A stretch of 64,000 nt of DNA. It comes from Octopus vulgaris. Lineage: Eukaryota. The position numbers were made by a program, and so were the translations under genes. The stretch is taken from the NCBI GenBank assembly GCA_951406725.2, contig OX597826.1:4712001-4776000 (forward strand), in the 5' to 3' direction. Positions 40,087 through 53,487 of the stretch are shown one piece after another (the first letter of the stretch is position 1; every line of letters starts with the position of its first letter). The notes beneath the pieces were generated by a model that was not told where the DNA came from, ran no database searches, and was given only the letters and a program-made list of their open reading frames with translations.

Positions 40087-41905
40087 TAATATTTAGCACA
40101 AATAACACGACGCTATAACCACATCATCTGTGCAGATTGTTCGACAAGAAGTTGCGGAACCCTTATCTGTCGTCCACAACGGGAGAGTCTGTGACTTCTG
40201 TGATTAGGCGTTTAGTTTAGCTTAGTATTTACGAATTATGAAAATTGTGTGGTAAATCCTGAAATTAAGAAATGAAAGCATTTCTATTTTCCTTCCATCG
40301 ATGCCGTTTCATACGATTTAACCTAGTTGTGACCTTAAAAGAATCGCGAACAAGGGAAAAAAATTCCAAAAAATTTGCCTTTGAATACATCGCAAATTGA
40401 CATTCAGAAGTCATAAGTTAATTACATGCGGTGTGGAATCATACTGTGAGCATTCCTTTATTTCAAATCATAGCGTAAACCTTTAGGCTGTGCTCCTTCC
40501 CTGGCTACAATACAAAGACTGAAACCAGGAAAAAAAAAAGAACCCAATTATTTCTGTGTTCTGCCGAACAATATCAAACTCATGAACAGCTAAATTCTCA
40601 TTCTCTTTTTAATTCATAAATAGTCTATCTAAGTGTCAAATTAAAACATGATGTCTTAGTAAGAATTGACTTTCTATATGGAAAAATTATTGAAAATTAG
40701 GGATGTCTTCCAGAGAGCTTGCAAACGGTGCAATTACCTAGATAATGCTATAAAAATCTTTGTACCAAAATATAAAAATTGATCCTAATATACATGTTCC
40801 AGTTCTACTTTTAATCATCTTCCAACGAATACAGCTAGCATAGTTATTCATAAAGTATATCTTTTTTTAAAAATGCGTCTACCTTTTTTCAATACAAAAA
40901 CAAAAGAAAAAAGGAAAATGAAGGAAAGTGCATATCATTGTTTTTCTTCTTCGTTCCATCTCCCAGTAGGATTAGCAGAAGAACAGTAATGTACATACAT
41001 GTATCTGTTCTTTCTCTTTCCCTTTCTCATCCCCCCCCCCGCACACTATAGTTTCTTTCCCACTGTCTATTTATATTTTAGCTTTTAGTATTTCACCGCC
41101 TTACTTTCTTCTTCTCATTTGCTCTCTAAAAAATCTTTTTCATCACCTACACACACACACACAGACACACACATATATATATATCATACATACATACACA
41201 CATACATACATTATAAAATATCACTTTTTTTTCTTTTTTCCTGCAAGCAAATTGCACTCGACTTTCTTTAAAATCATCATTTTTAACATTGTTATGTCTT
41301 AGGTCGACAATGAAGGCCTTGAGCCAAACGAAAAAAAAAAGAGGTAATGAGTACACAGAATCCTTATTCGTACACATTTATTTCTGTTCTTGTTATTCAT
41401 TTAGTTATTGATTTAGTCGAAGTAGTAATTGATGTTGCTACTATTGACGTTGTTGTCGTTGTTGTTGTTGTTAGTTTATTTCAAAAGTTCGAATCAATCT
41501 TCTATCTGTCTTCTGTCAGCCAAATACGTTTCTTCAAGCCTCTCTGGATTTTCAAGTATATTTACAGACTAATAAAACTTTAAGAACACAAGAAATTATA
41601 CAGAAAAAAAGAAAGAAAACGAAAAAGAAAATTGAAAAAAAAAAAAAATCTGTCAGCCATTTTTACCATCCGGAAACTTTTTTTTTTGTAGATGACAAAG
41701 AAACATACATAAAAGACGTTACTCATTCAGACACACTGACTAAAACAGACACACTCACAATGCGAAGCCATACTTTCTATTAAAAACTTGCAAACGTTTT
41801 TGGCTATTGTTTCACAAAAGACCGAGACGCACTTTTTTCAGAAAACTGTCGTAATATTATACGCTCGTGCATAGACACATATAATGTGCGTGCGCATCTG
41901 TAAAT

Positions 41906-41970
<65 letters not shown>

Positions 41971-42146
41971 AATCTTTTGCGTAATAAGATAAAAACCAAG
42001 GCTGTATATATATATATATATATATATAGCTGTAATTAAATGCGCAATTATAACTAACAGTTTTGTGCTGTGTTTTGGAGAAAGCTCGATAAAATATATA
42101 TGAAATTAGGTTTATGTATGTATCTATCTGCTTCTCTCTCTCTCCA

Positions 42147-42217
<71 letters not shown>

Positions 42218-42432
42218 CCACGTATGTTCGTATTCATCCTCTTCTGTGATGTTATACTTGAAATCCAAGCCTTTACAAAACTATATTACCCTACCATCGG
42301 AATAGAAGAATAGAAACATAGGAGAATTTTATTCCTTCTGTAAGTATACTGGTATTAAAACGAAAAATATACGGAAGATTCGAAACTGCAAGAGAAATAT
42401 TCCTTCAATTCATCAGTGAAATTCTTTTCAGT

Positions 42433-42480
42433 TAGTTTTCGAATCACCTAGTTTTCGAATCACCTAGTTTTCGAATCACC
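42433..42480. repeat. Perfect 3 x 16-bp tandem repeat
   Basis: (tagttttcgaatcacc)3. Confidence 0.95.
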
Positions 42481-43079
42481 AAAATCGCCATCAAAAATGT
42501 AATTATAGTAATAAATACTTTGCAATGATAAAGAACATATCTTTGTGGATATTATTTAGCAAAGAGCGGTATAAAATAACAGGAGAAAAAAGTCAAGATT
42601 AGGCCAGTTAATATGACGATGTGTGTATCTTTATTAACCTGCTGATGAAGCATCATATAACTTTTGAACAATTTTGTACTAAAAGCATGTCGTGTCCGGA
42701 GAATATATCTACACATATACACGTTTGTGTGTGTGTGTGGTAACTAGGGACAAATGAAAATCACTGCGTACATCTTGATTTAGGTAATCAAAGAATTTAC
42801 TCCGTGCGAGAGCTCGGCAACCTGCTATATATTAATTGTAGCCATCAGCAGTGTCTATATGAATTAAAGGAAAAAATAATTTCAAATTTGATTTATATGC
42901 GTATAATTACATTATTAAACTTCCTAAACAGCTACTTGCATATACGATAACTAGCTTCTGCGGCCGGTGAGGAAAGATACACATTCTCTTAAAGTTTTAC
43001 TATAAACTGCAGTCGGGAATTGCTGACATGGTGGGACAATATGCAACAGTATGTTCTATTAAAGAAGAGAATTAAAATA

Positions 43080-43651
43080 TTGGGTTGTCCGGAAAGTTCG
43101 TGCCGATTTATAGTAGCTTATCTCTTTCGACTTATTTAGAACATGGTTGAATCCATAAAATAGGATTTGATTACACCCCCATTTAGAGCACAGTTTAAGC
43201 TATCTTTTCGTGGAAGAAGGTTTATGTTCCTATAACCAGTGTTAATTCTGTAACCTTTTAAAATGGAAGATAAGAAAGCTCATTTTCGGCACTTGATGCT
43301 TTGGGAACCAGACAAAAATTGCTGCAGCTTGGCTGGGATATGTTACCCCACCCTCCATATTCACCAGATATTGCTCCTTCGGATTTCCACTTATTCAGGT
43401 CTCTGCAGAATAGTCTTAATAGTAAAAAATTTCAATTCCTTGGATGACGTAAAAAGATACCTTCATGAATTCTTTCTTTGCTATGAAACCACATCAATTC
43501 TGGGAATAGGGTGTTTTCAAGTTAAAAGAAAGATGGAGGCGCATTGTACAACAAAGTGGTTCATATTTGGTTGATTAAAAATGTAATGGCAAGTATTTAT
43601 TGACCTTTTTCTTTCCTTTAAAAATCGGCACGAACTTCCCGGACGACCCAA
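43080..43651 (+). mobile_element. Internally deleted mariner DNA transposon (mellifera-like) with 30-bp TIRs and TA TSD
   Basis: TIRs ttgggttgtccggaaagttcgtgccgattt and aaatcggcacgaacttcccggacgacccaa (2 mismatches), with TA on both sides. Confidence 0.95.
43263..43578 (+). pseudogene. Mariner transposase remnant (N-terminus fused out of frame to C-terminus)
   Basis: MEDKKAHFRHLMLWE, then in another frame TRQKLLQLGWDMLPHPPYSPDIAPSDFHLFRSLQNSL (YSPD(I/L)APxD mariner motif). The HTH domains and first two catalytic Asp are missing. Confidence 0.93.
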
Positions 43652-44820
43652 TATTTATAGATTAGGTACATATCATTCACTTAATGAATATGAGATGATA
43701 TTAAAATTGATCTCGATAAGCTTTTGAACTTGAGAACGAAGAGTTTCAAAAGTTAATTTTGCGACTTGCATTCTTACGTTGTTTCCTTTTATTATTCTTT
43801 TTCTCCGACAGAATGAATAGTTAGAACACGAAAATGAAAAAAGAGTAATATTTTTGAAATGTTCTTAATTAATTGATTGTGTAATTGATAAGAATAATGA
43901 TGAAATTATTGACAAAAATGTCGTATGAAAATGGCGATGAATGAAAGCAAAAGAGGATATTAACAAAACGATTTGGAAAGACGTGAACAAAGCAGAAATA
44001 TCTAATTGGTAAAGACAACGACATCCGTAGCAGTGACACGCTATGGTCTTCATTTTGTCCAAATCCCCTATAATATTGTCAATAGCGTTTGACAGCGTTA
44101 ATTACGTCATCGCCGATGACAATAGCAAAGACGATAAAATCACGTGACTGCAATGACAAGATGCACGCGCTGTCATCGAATAATACCATGCACAATACAA
44201 GACAAACTTGTCTTATCTATGGTGCTCCTTGGTGAAGGTTCTGAAAGCCCGGCAGACAGCAGGAGTAATCCCTGAACCCATTCTGGCGCCCATTTTCAGA
44301 AACAACAATTACAACAACATCATTATTGTAAGAAGAAAAAGAACTACAAGGACGATGAGGAGGACGCAAAATGGTGGTTTAAGAAAGGCGCTTATACTAC
44401 GGGAGAAAGAGGCTCTGTAATAGCTATAAAAACTTTAAAAAATAACACAACCAACGCCTGCTGTTAAAGCCTTCCTCAACATATGTAGATGGTAAATCTG
44501 TCCTCATTACAATCTGGCATTTGTTTACGAATTACAGTGGCTGTTGTACAACATTAACACGAAGAGAAGCAGCAGCAGCAATTTCACCACCACCACCACC
44601 ACCACCACCACCACCACCATATCCACTACTACTGCTACTGCTGCTGCTGCTGATGATGATGATGACGATTATGATGATGATGATGATGATACAGGCGACT
44701 TTTCTTTTTATAAAAGCGTTAATAAATAGCCATGAAAACTTAATACAAATTATCTCTTAAAACACAGTCACCCATGCACACACACACAAACACACATATA
44801 CACATGCATACATACATATA

Positions 44821-44923
<103 letters not shown>

Positions 44924-44974
44924 TATATATAAATAATGTTGTATGCATATAGTGTATATATATACACACACACA

Positions 44975-45020
<46 letters not shown>

Positions 45021-45733
45021 GAAGTCACAAGAATGCGTGTACCATCAATTATAGCCAGACACTAAACTAAAACGGACAATAACAATAACAATAACAAGCA
45101 CAAATCTTGTTATAGTAAGTTAAATGAATGAAGGAAAGAAAATCCTGAACGACAACAATGAAAAAGAAAAGGAAAAACAAGGGATCAGTGAATTTATAAT
45201 GATGCAAGGAGAGGAGCCAATTGTTTGCGCATGTGTGTGTGTGTGACAAGGGTGAGGGGTAGGATGGGGAGAACAAAAGGCTTTTTTTCCCCCTCCTCCT
45301 CCTCTCTCTCTCTCGCTCCATCCCCAAAGACTTTAAATAGTGTCGCTAGGGTCTTATCTGGATTAGCGTTGACAAGTATGCTGAAAGTGTCTCGGGGAAA
45401 AGACCTTTTAAATTTAATCTGAATTTAGGGTGTACAACGACCGTCCTCAGCCTCTCCATTGACGAAAAAGAAAGAAAAAAAAACAAAGTGTGTAGGTGGG
45501 GGCGTGGGGGTGTATTAGAAACAACTACAAAAATAATAACAAAAAGAGCAATAAATATACGTTAAAAAAAAACGTACCGCACACACAGCAAATATAAATA
45601 ATAATTTAAGACGACAAGGAAAACAAAATGGAGATCGAAAAGACATTGTGAAGATTTCAACAACAGCAGCTACATCAACAACAATATAAATAACATCAAC
45701 CTAGTTTTATGTATGTATGCATATATGTGTGTG

Positions 45734-45790
<57 letters not shown>

Positions 45791-45875
45791 ATGCATGTAT
45801 ATATATATATATATATATGCATGTATATATATATATGTGTGTGTGTGTGTATTAGAAAGCAGCAGAAATATCACA

Positions 45876-46025
45876 AAAACTGTTAGTCAGAGTTTCATGT
45901 TTCCGTTCGTCGCACAGTTTCGTGAAACTCTGAGTAACAGTTTTTCAATAAAGCATATTACTCTTCCTCTGGTATTTGAGTACCCTTGTTCCCACCTTGT
46001 TTCACATTTATGTGCTTACTCCGGT
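45876..46025. mobile_element. Penelope-like terminal repeat fragment with inverted partial duplication and a type I hammerhead-like motif
   Basis: 24-bp inverted arms at 45876-45899 and 45921-45944. The minus strand reads aaactgt gcgacga acg gaaa cat gaaac tctga cta acagttt. Confidence 0.65.
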
Positions 46026-46044
46026 ATATATATATATATATATT

Positions 46045-46077
<33 letters not shown>

Positions 46078-48602
46078 GGATTGATACATACGTACATACA
46101 TACATACATACATACATACATACATACATAATCATATTAGTCGAAACTACATCAGACCTCAATACTTGACTGCTACTAACTATGCCAAAATGAACATTCT
46201 TCATGCTTATTCTCTCCTCTAAAAGAAGTATTTACAATTCAAATCATAATTCTACCATCTTAACATTAAAAAAAATCAAAAAACAACAACAAAAAATACT
46301 TTTTGGAAATGTGATCTGGTTTCTTTGTCCGTCTTTACAAGTCGGGTTAGGACTCCTTTCGTTCATTGGTCTGCTCTATCAGGGATGACTTCGCTCTGAA
46401 ATTTAACAATAACCAATATAATAGCATCTAGTGTTGATTTCATTCCGCCCTCCTCACACACAAATGGTAAGTCAAGAGTCAATTCAAAACAGGTGGGATT
46501 TGATTTCATGGTGCAAGGAAATGTATTTACTCGTCACGTATGATTTTCTGCAAGACATCTTACTCTTTCCTTTAGTGACTAACCTAATTACAATGCTTTC
46601 CAGCTTAGACACAAGGCCATACAAAATGTAGTTGATCTAAATCAGTTTCCGGCTTTAAACTACTACGTGTTCTTTAGCTGCTTTTTGCAGGTTCCACACT
46701 TTTGCTAACATTCGTGCCAGGCCTCCAGTTTTGGGGATAACTTACCCCTGTTTTCTTCCGTCATTATCGCATGCCCTGATAAAAAAATCCTTTAATGTTT
46801 CCCCTACGCCTGTAAGGTGTTAAAATATCCAAATATAACTTTTTAAGAACTGTGTCTCAAGGTCTTCATTACCAAATGTTCCATAGTTTAGAGCGTCGGG
46901 AGAATTGCCTGGGACACAAATATTTAAGATGGCAAATTGGCCAAGTTGTATGAGCATCCGATATAATGCCTTGCTGTGTTTGTTCGGGATCTTTCCACTC
47001 TGTGTTCAAATAGCAACGATATCAGCTTTGTCTTTCGTGTTGATAAATTACTACTCCTGTACTGTTGTCATTTATGCTGGAATCCGTGAAGGGTCCCTAG
47101 GTTTCCATCAAACGTTAAGGGTCCGAAACAAGGAAATTTGCGTTCTAAGGTTACTGGGTTTCCTACGTGAATTTTGCTTCACATTTCAGCCTATAACAAT
47201 AAACAAGTACAAATGCTAAAGTTGTGTTTATATTCTAAATAGCATATCCAAGAAGTGAATGAAAATATAATTGAAGGTTATGTCGGGCGGAATTTACTAG
47301 AATTATGTAAGAGGCACTCTACTAAATCTAGCGTTCATCGCCAGCCGATTGAACTTGTTTCAATAACCTATAAAATTAATGCATTAGTATTTGTAAGATG
47401 TCACTGGATAAGCTAATGTGTTTGGAACTGCGTATAAATTGCTTGGCAACATTTAGATACAACCATATATATAATTCTTTGTCCAAATTTTGCTAAGGAT
47501 AATTTTTGCTGTTTTATTCATCACGAATGGATAAGAGAGACAAATACCAATAAGGTACTGATAACTGGATAACTGTTTGATAAACCTCTCTCCAAAATAT
47601 TTGGTCTTTTATTTGCTAGTATAACAGACAATTGATTGGAAAGATACAATGCCGTAGGTATTAAGAAAAAGCTTAATCGATTATATAGAGCACTATACTT
47701 GAATCCTATATTTTATGTAGCACTGTGGTGTGAAGGAGAAAATGGACTTTGGCTGGATTTGAGCTCATTCTTATGTCATTAACTTACGTCTGATTACATT
47801 CCGAGTTCAAAAACACATAAATTAAATACACTTTTATATACGTGATTGAATTAATCGTCATTATTCTATCTACAAATTTGGTCGTATTTCGCTTGTTGGA
47901 AATCATAAAATCATTTCAGTATCCTTAGTTACCGAAGACAGAATCTTAGAATCAGTTAGTACAGACGTCGTAAAGAGGGAATTTCGAGTCACTTGTTTCC
48001 CAGCACTGAAAATAACATCAGAAAATTTCCTTTCCCTAAATTTTCGGTTTCCATAGTGAGAAATAATAAGGACAAAAATGGGGTGTGGGCTCAGAGCTGC
48101 CTTTGAATATTATAAGAAAATGAGATTGAGGGAGGGCTCTGTAAGAATATTATTAAAATAAATATTTCGAATGAGTCGTATCGTATAACAGCATTGCCTT
48201 TGTTTTGCTCTTTGTTTTTTTTTAAATACATTTCACAGCAAATCCTGTTTCTCATTTATTATTTTCCCTTGAATCAAAGCACTATCCCATAGATTAAAGG
48301 GGCCAAGAGAAGACTGCTCCCTTTAGCTGCGACTACTTATGAAGTGGCATGTCTCTTTATCAAGTGGTGATAATAATGTCATATCTAATAAAGGATGGGT
48401 AAATAAGGCAGGCAAAATGAAATAGAAAAGATAAATAGATACGGAAAGGACACGGAGAGAGAGAGAGAGACAGTGAGAGAGAGATAGACAAAGAAAGAGA
48501 AGAGAAAGATGTGCGTGTGTACACACACACACATACACATCTTCTGTCTGTTTGTCTCTCTCTCGCAAAATACACACACATACACACACATACACGTACA
48601 CA

Positions 48603-49393
48603 CACTGCGATGGGTAAATTGTAGCCATTTCATATTTTAAATTTCGCGCATGCACGTTGTTTGCTTTTGATTTGGTCGACTACAGAGTATAGTAGGGTCA
48701 GTAGGGCACCGTCTCTGAGAAAACCAGCACCATGACACCAGAATTTGAAAACAACATGCTGTACTGCTTGGCATTCGCGACGGAAGCTCGAAGACGAACA
48801 TTCCAGAGTGTTTGGGTTTCAATCTGAGGAGAGTGCAGAGGATTCGGAAAGAGTTGTATGAGTCTAATGGTGATTACAAAGATACGGCAGCTCGGAAAAT
48901 ATACTCTGATCGTTCTGATAAGGAAAGAATTCCTGAATTTGTTAGTAAGATCCAAGCCATGATTAACAACGATCCCTACAAGTCAATCAGGTCCATTGCC
49001 AGGGACATGGAAGTGTCTGAGTTTCTTACCAGACAGGTAGTGCATGAATACATTCGGTATTCTTCATAGAAGATGAGAAAGGGCTAAATTTTTATCCCAT
49101 GTCATCAAGGACAAGAGGAATGGCTGCGCTACGAAGCTTTTGAACAAACTTAATCATCCCCTCCAACCGCACATGCCGTGGTTTTTCTCAGAGGAGAACA
49201 ATTTCTGCCACGATCAGATGGTTAACATACAGAAAAACCGTTGGCTTGTCATGTCCCTAAAACATGTACCGAGGGTGATAAAAGTCAAACATCCAGTCAA
49301 CATCATGGTGTTTGGAGTGATCATTATTAATGGTGAAGTTATACCTCCATTCATCTCCCCACGCAACCTCAGACTCAACACGGAGGCCTACAA
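48603..49393 (+). mobile_element. 3'-truncated, decayed Tc1/mariner-superfamily element (DD37D/maT-like transposase)
   Basis: From ATG 48732: HTH-like DPYKSIRSIARDMEVSEF, then WFFSEENNF (degenerate SDEK), NIQKNRW, KHPVNIMVFGVI...PPFI. In-frame stops; no right TIR seen. Confidence 0.85.
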
Positions 49394-49509
49394 CATATTG
49401 CTTGATACTGAAATAAAGAAATACACGCTTCAGGCTTTTAAACTTTCCCAGTGTATTTTGACTTACAAGCGGTTTGAACCTCCAAGAAATGAAGCTTACT
49501 TAGTTAATC

Positions 49510-49822
49510 TCTTCACTCCCTAAGGAACATTGGCCATCGACTATTTTCCCAACATTGTTCTCGACTCGGAGCTGTCTCTACCTAAACCAGATACTGTTGG
49601 TTTCGAATTCTCATCGATGCTTCTATAATATTGTCTTTTTTTTTGCGACGTAGGAATGTTTGGTCCAAGGCAAATCAATTTTGGTCTCTAGAAAGAGGTG
49701 GTCCATATTCGTCTGGCATTTATTCTTTGACCTGTCTAGCTTGCAGACCCTGTGAGGTGCTTGCGCTCCGCTGGCGTAAATCTTAGTGTCATAGAGATAC
49801 CCAAACCACCATACAACAAAGG
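49510..49822 (-). mobile_element. Old RTE-derived non-autonomous fragment
   Basis: ctttgacctgtctagcttgcagaccct...gctccgctggcgta...gtcatagag...caaaccacc resembles a reverse-complemented RTE 5' UTR. Recognition only. Confidence 0.35.
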
Positions 49823-49911
49823 CTGCTCCTTTTGAGGGTCATAGAATACAAAGGACTGTGAGAAATTTAACACGCAACATTTAATGTATTGTAGAGGTTC
49901 CTTTCTTTCTT

Positions 49912-49951
<40 letters not shown>

Positions 49952-50242
49952 AAGTAAAGAACAATTGTTTTCTCTTAAGAAAGGTGTGTTCTGAACATCT
50001 CAAAGTTCTATTCAGTTGTGAATTATCACACATTTCAAAGGATTAACGTGACTTGTGTTAATCAATGAAAGAGTGATGTGTCAGAGCCATTTTGGATTAA
50101 AATAAATTTTCATTATAGATCAATAGTATCTGCAATCGTAAAACTTCGCGTTTCTGGTAAAACCAAATTTTGCGTCTTGCATAGAGCAGTTTCTCTTTTG
50201 TTTTATTCTAAACAACGTGTAGATACATACGTACATATGTCC

Positions 50243-50304
<62 letters not shown>

Positions 50305-50410
50305 GCAATCATTTCCATAATCGTCGTCGTCGTCATCATCATCATCATTATCACAGTGGTTTCCCTTACTAACGTTAACAACGTGTCCTTGTGAGATTAT
50401 CTCTGTGTAT

Positions 50411-50441
<31 letters not shown>

Positions 50442-51085
50442 CATGCTGTGTATGTGTCCGTGCTTGTGTGAATGCGTGGGCACGGCGGCCAAGGAAATGG
50501 CTTTTTACAATGTGACTCGACGTGCCAGAAATAACTCGTACATTTCCATATTTATAGTGTCGTCTTTCGGAGAAGAAAAAAGTGATAGAAAGAAAAAGAG
50601 ACGAGATCGGCTTGTCTGGAATGCTTTTTATCATAGATCTGGCTGATCAAGGGTGGCTTGTGGCAAAACAATAAAAACAACGACAGCAATATCAAAGAAC
50701 AACAACGATATCTGAACTATAACTAAGACCAAAGATGTAATGACCCTTAGATTATCTTTAAACGCTCGATTGATTCCAACAACAGCGCCACCACCGACAT
50801 CAACAACATCATGATCATCAACATAGTCACAGCCAGCAACAATACTGCCACTATTAATACCAACACTACCACCAACTTCAGTAATGCTCCGAGAGTCAAC
50901 ACCCCATCATCTCTAGCAACAGCTGCACTGTTACCAATCTCACCGCAACACAACCAGCGCTCAACCGGCGCCTACACCACTACGATTACAAACACAACCA
51001 CAGCAAGCAACAATAAACCCAACACCACCGCCGCTACCACAAAGAACAGCGACACCACCAATCGTCTTAACTCACACAACCAATA

Positions 51086-51235
51086 TCGGCGAAAGTAAAG
51101 AATTCGTACACTTGGTGTTTGTGGTTAGGGTTAGGGTTTAGGGTCGTTTTAGGGTTTGGGGTTAGGATTAAGGTTAGGGTTGGGGTTTTTGCTACGCCGA
51201 AAACGGGTGGTTTACGCATTCTTTAGCTCCGCCGA
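51086..51235. mobile_element. 150-bp TIR element with internal degenerate (TTAGGG)n
   Basis: Left end tcggcgaaagtaaagaattcgtacac versus reverse complement of right end tcggcggagctaaagaatgcgtaaac (21/26). ggttagggttagggtttaggg... lies at 51123-51186. Confidence 0.65.
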
Positions 51236-51489
51236 CACCAGCATCATTACAATCACCCGCAAAACTATGGCTAGTAACATCAGCATCACCATTATACTAA
51301 TATTAACTAATATCACATCCAGCAACGCCACCACCAGACACACCACCACTGCTAACTCCAAAACTTTGTGATATCAGCATCACCGCCACCGACACAAACG
51401 CCACCATAATTAGCAATACAACCACACACAGCAATGCCACCACCATCGTTAATATCCATACCATCATCATCTACGGCAACAGCACCCGC

Positions 51490-51885
51490 AATACCAACCA
51501 GCACCACTACCACCACCAGCACTACCAAATCGTGCAACACCACCACAACCAATCCAACGCCACCATCCCTATCACCGTCTTCATTGATACAGTCCTCACC
51601 AACGCCACGGTCACCACCACTGCCATCACCATCACCACCACCATCACCACCACCAACACCAACACTACCAGCACAACCACCACCACGACTAAATCATACA
51701 ACACCACCACAACCAATCCAACGCCACCATCACCATCAGCACAGCTACCACTAATACCACTACTACCACCACCACCACCACCACAACCAATCAAACGCCA
51801 CAGTTACCACCATCACCACCACCACCACCACCACAACCAATCCAACGCCACGGTTACCACCACCACCACCATCACAACCACCACG
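51490..51885. repeat. ACC-rich minisatellite with recurring ccacaaccaatc(c/a)aacgccac
   Basis: Motif occurs four times (~51543, 51707, 51781, 51831). Confidence 0.8.
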
Positions 51886-52468
51886 CAACAATCACTCCAT
51901 GTGATTTGAGTTTGCACTGAATCAATCACGTAATCTCATCATTCTCTCTCTTCTCCCTGTCCTTCTTTCTTTCTTTCTTTCCTTTCACCTCATTTTTTCT
52001 CTCTCCCTGTTTCCCCCTCTCTCTCTCTGTCTCTCTCTCTCTCCCTCTCCCTCTCTCTCTCTTTCCACACTATCAGAATGCACATACTAATGAACCATGA
52101 AAGCAAAAGCAGGATTTGAATATTACATAAAACAAGGAAAAGGCGGTTTATTACACCGAACAACGTTCCCTGGCTTCTTTCGCTCTCGATGTTTCCTATC
52201 AAAAGAGTCGCTCTTAGGATTAATACATATTTAAATTTAACAAAATAACGACGACGATGAAAGAGACATAACATAACAGAAAAAAAGAAGAAGAAGTACA
52301 ATTAAAATAATAAAAAATGAAAGAAATTACAAAGAGAGAGAAGGAAAACACACACACAAAAGCGGGGGTGCAAATTATAACAAAAGCAGCGACACAAAGA
52401 AAAGCAAAAAAAAAAAAGGGGAAAAAACACAAAGAACACAAAACTGAAGCATCAATAAGAGCAAGTTA

Positions 52469-52940
<472 letters not shown>

Positions 52941-53204
52941 ACGGTTGATGCAGCAGTTTCTCAGTGCTTTATCCCATCGGTATGCCCAACAGATATTAAC
53001 GCTCAGTATAGATCAGGAACTACTACCATGCCCTTCACTACAGACACTCTCATTGTTCTTACCACATCGTCATCATCATCATCATCATCATCATCATCAA
53101 CCGCTTCTGATGCTGATCTGAAAGTATTAGTTTAATAGTTACTATATAAAGTACTCCTTTATTTGCGAACAGAAAGAGTTTGCAGCAAAGAAACTAGCAA
53201 CCAT

Positions 53205-53454
53205 GATAATAATAATAATAATTGTTGTAGTAGTAGTAGTAGTAGTAGTAATAATAATAATTGTAGTAGTAGTAGTAGTAATAATAATAATAATAATAAT
53301 AATTGTAGTAGAAGTAGTTGTAGTAGTAGTAGTAGTAGCAATAATAATAATAATTGTAGTAGTAGTAGTAGTTATAGTAGTAGTAGTTGTAGTAGTAATA
53401 ATAATAATTGTAGTAGTAGTAGTAGTAGTAGTTGTTGTAGTTGTAGTAGAAGTG

Positions 53455-53487
<33 letters not shown>
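53205..53487. repeat. Compound (AAT)n/(AGT)n microsatellite with higher-order periodicity
   Basis: Blocks of (AAT)n-TGT-(AGT)n repeat about five times. Confidence 0.92.

Noticed and set aside
42433-42480. CRISPR-like direct repeats
   Set aside because: No spacers and a eukaryotic context; simple tandem triplication.
51123-51186. True telomere or chromosome-fusion site
   Set aside because: Short, degenerate, single orientation and enclosed by inverted repeats.
50811-51909. Thr/Pro/His-rich mucin-like ORFs
   Set aside because: Derived from ACC/AAC-rich degenerate repeats, open in several frames and on both strands, and interrupted by a TIR element.
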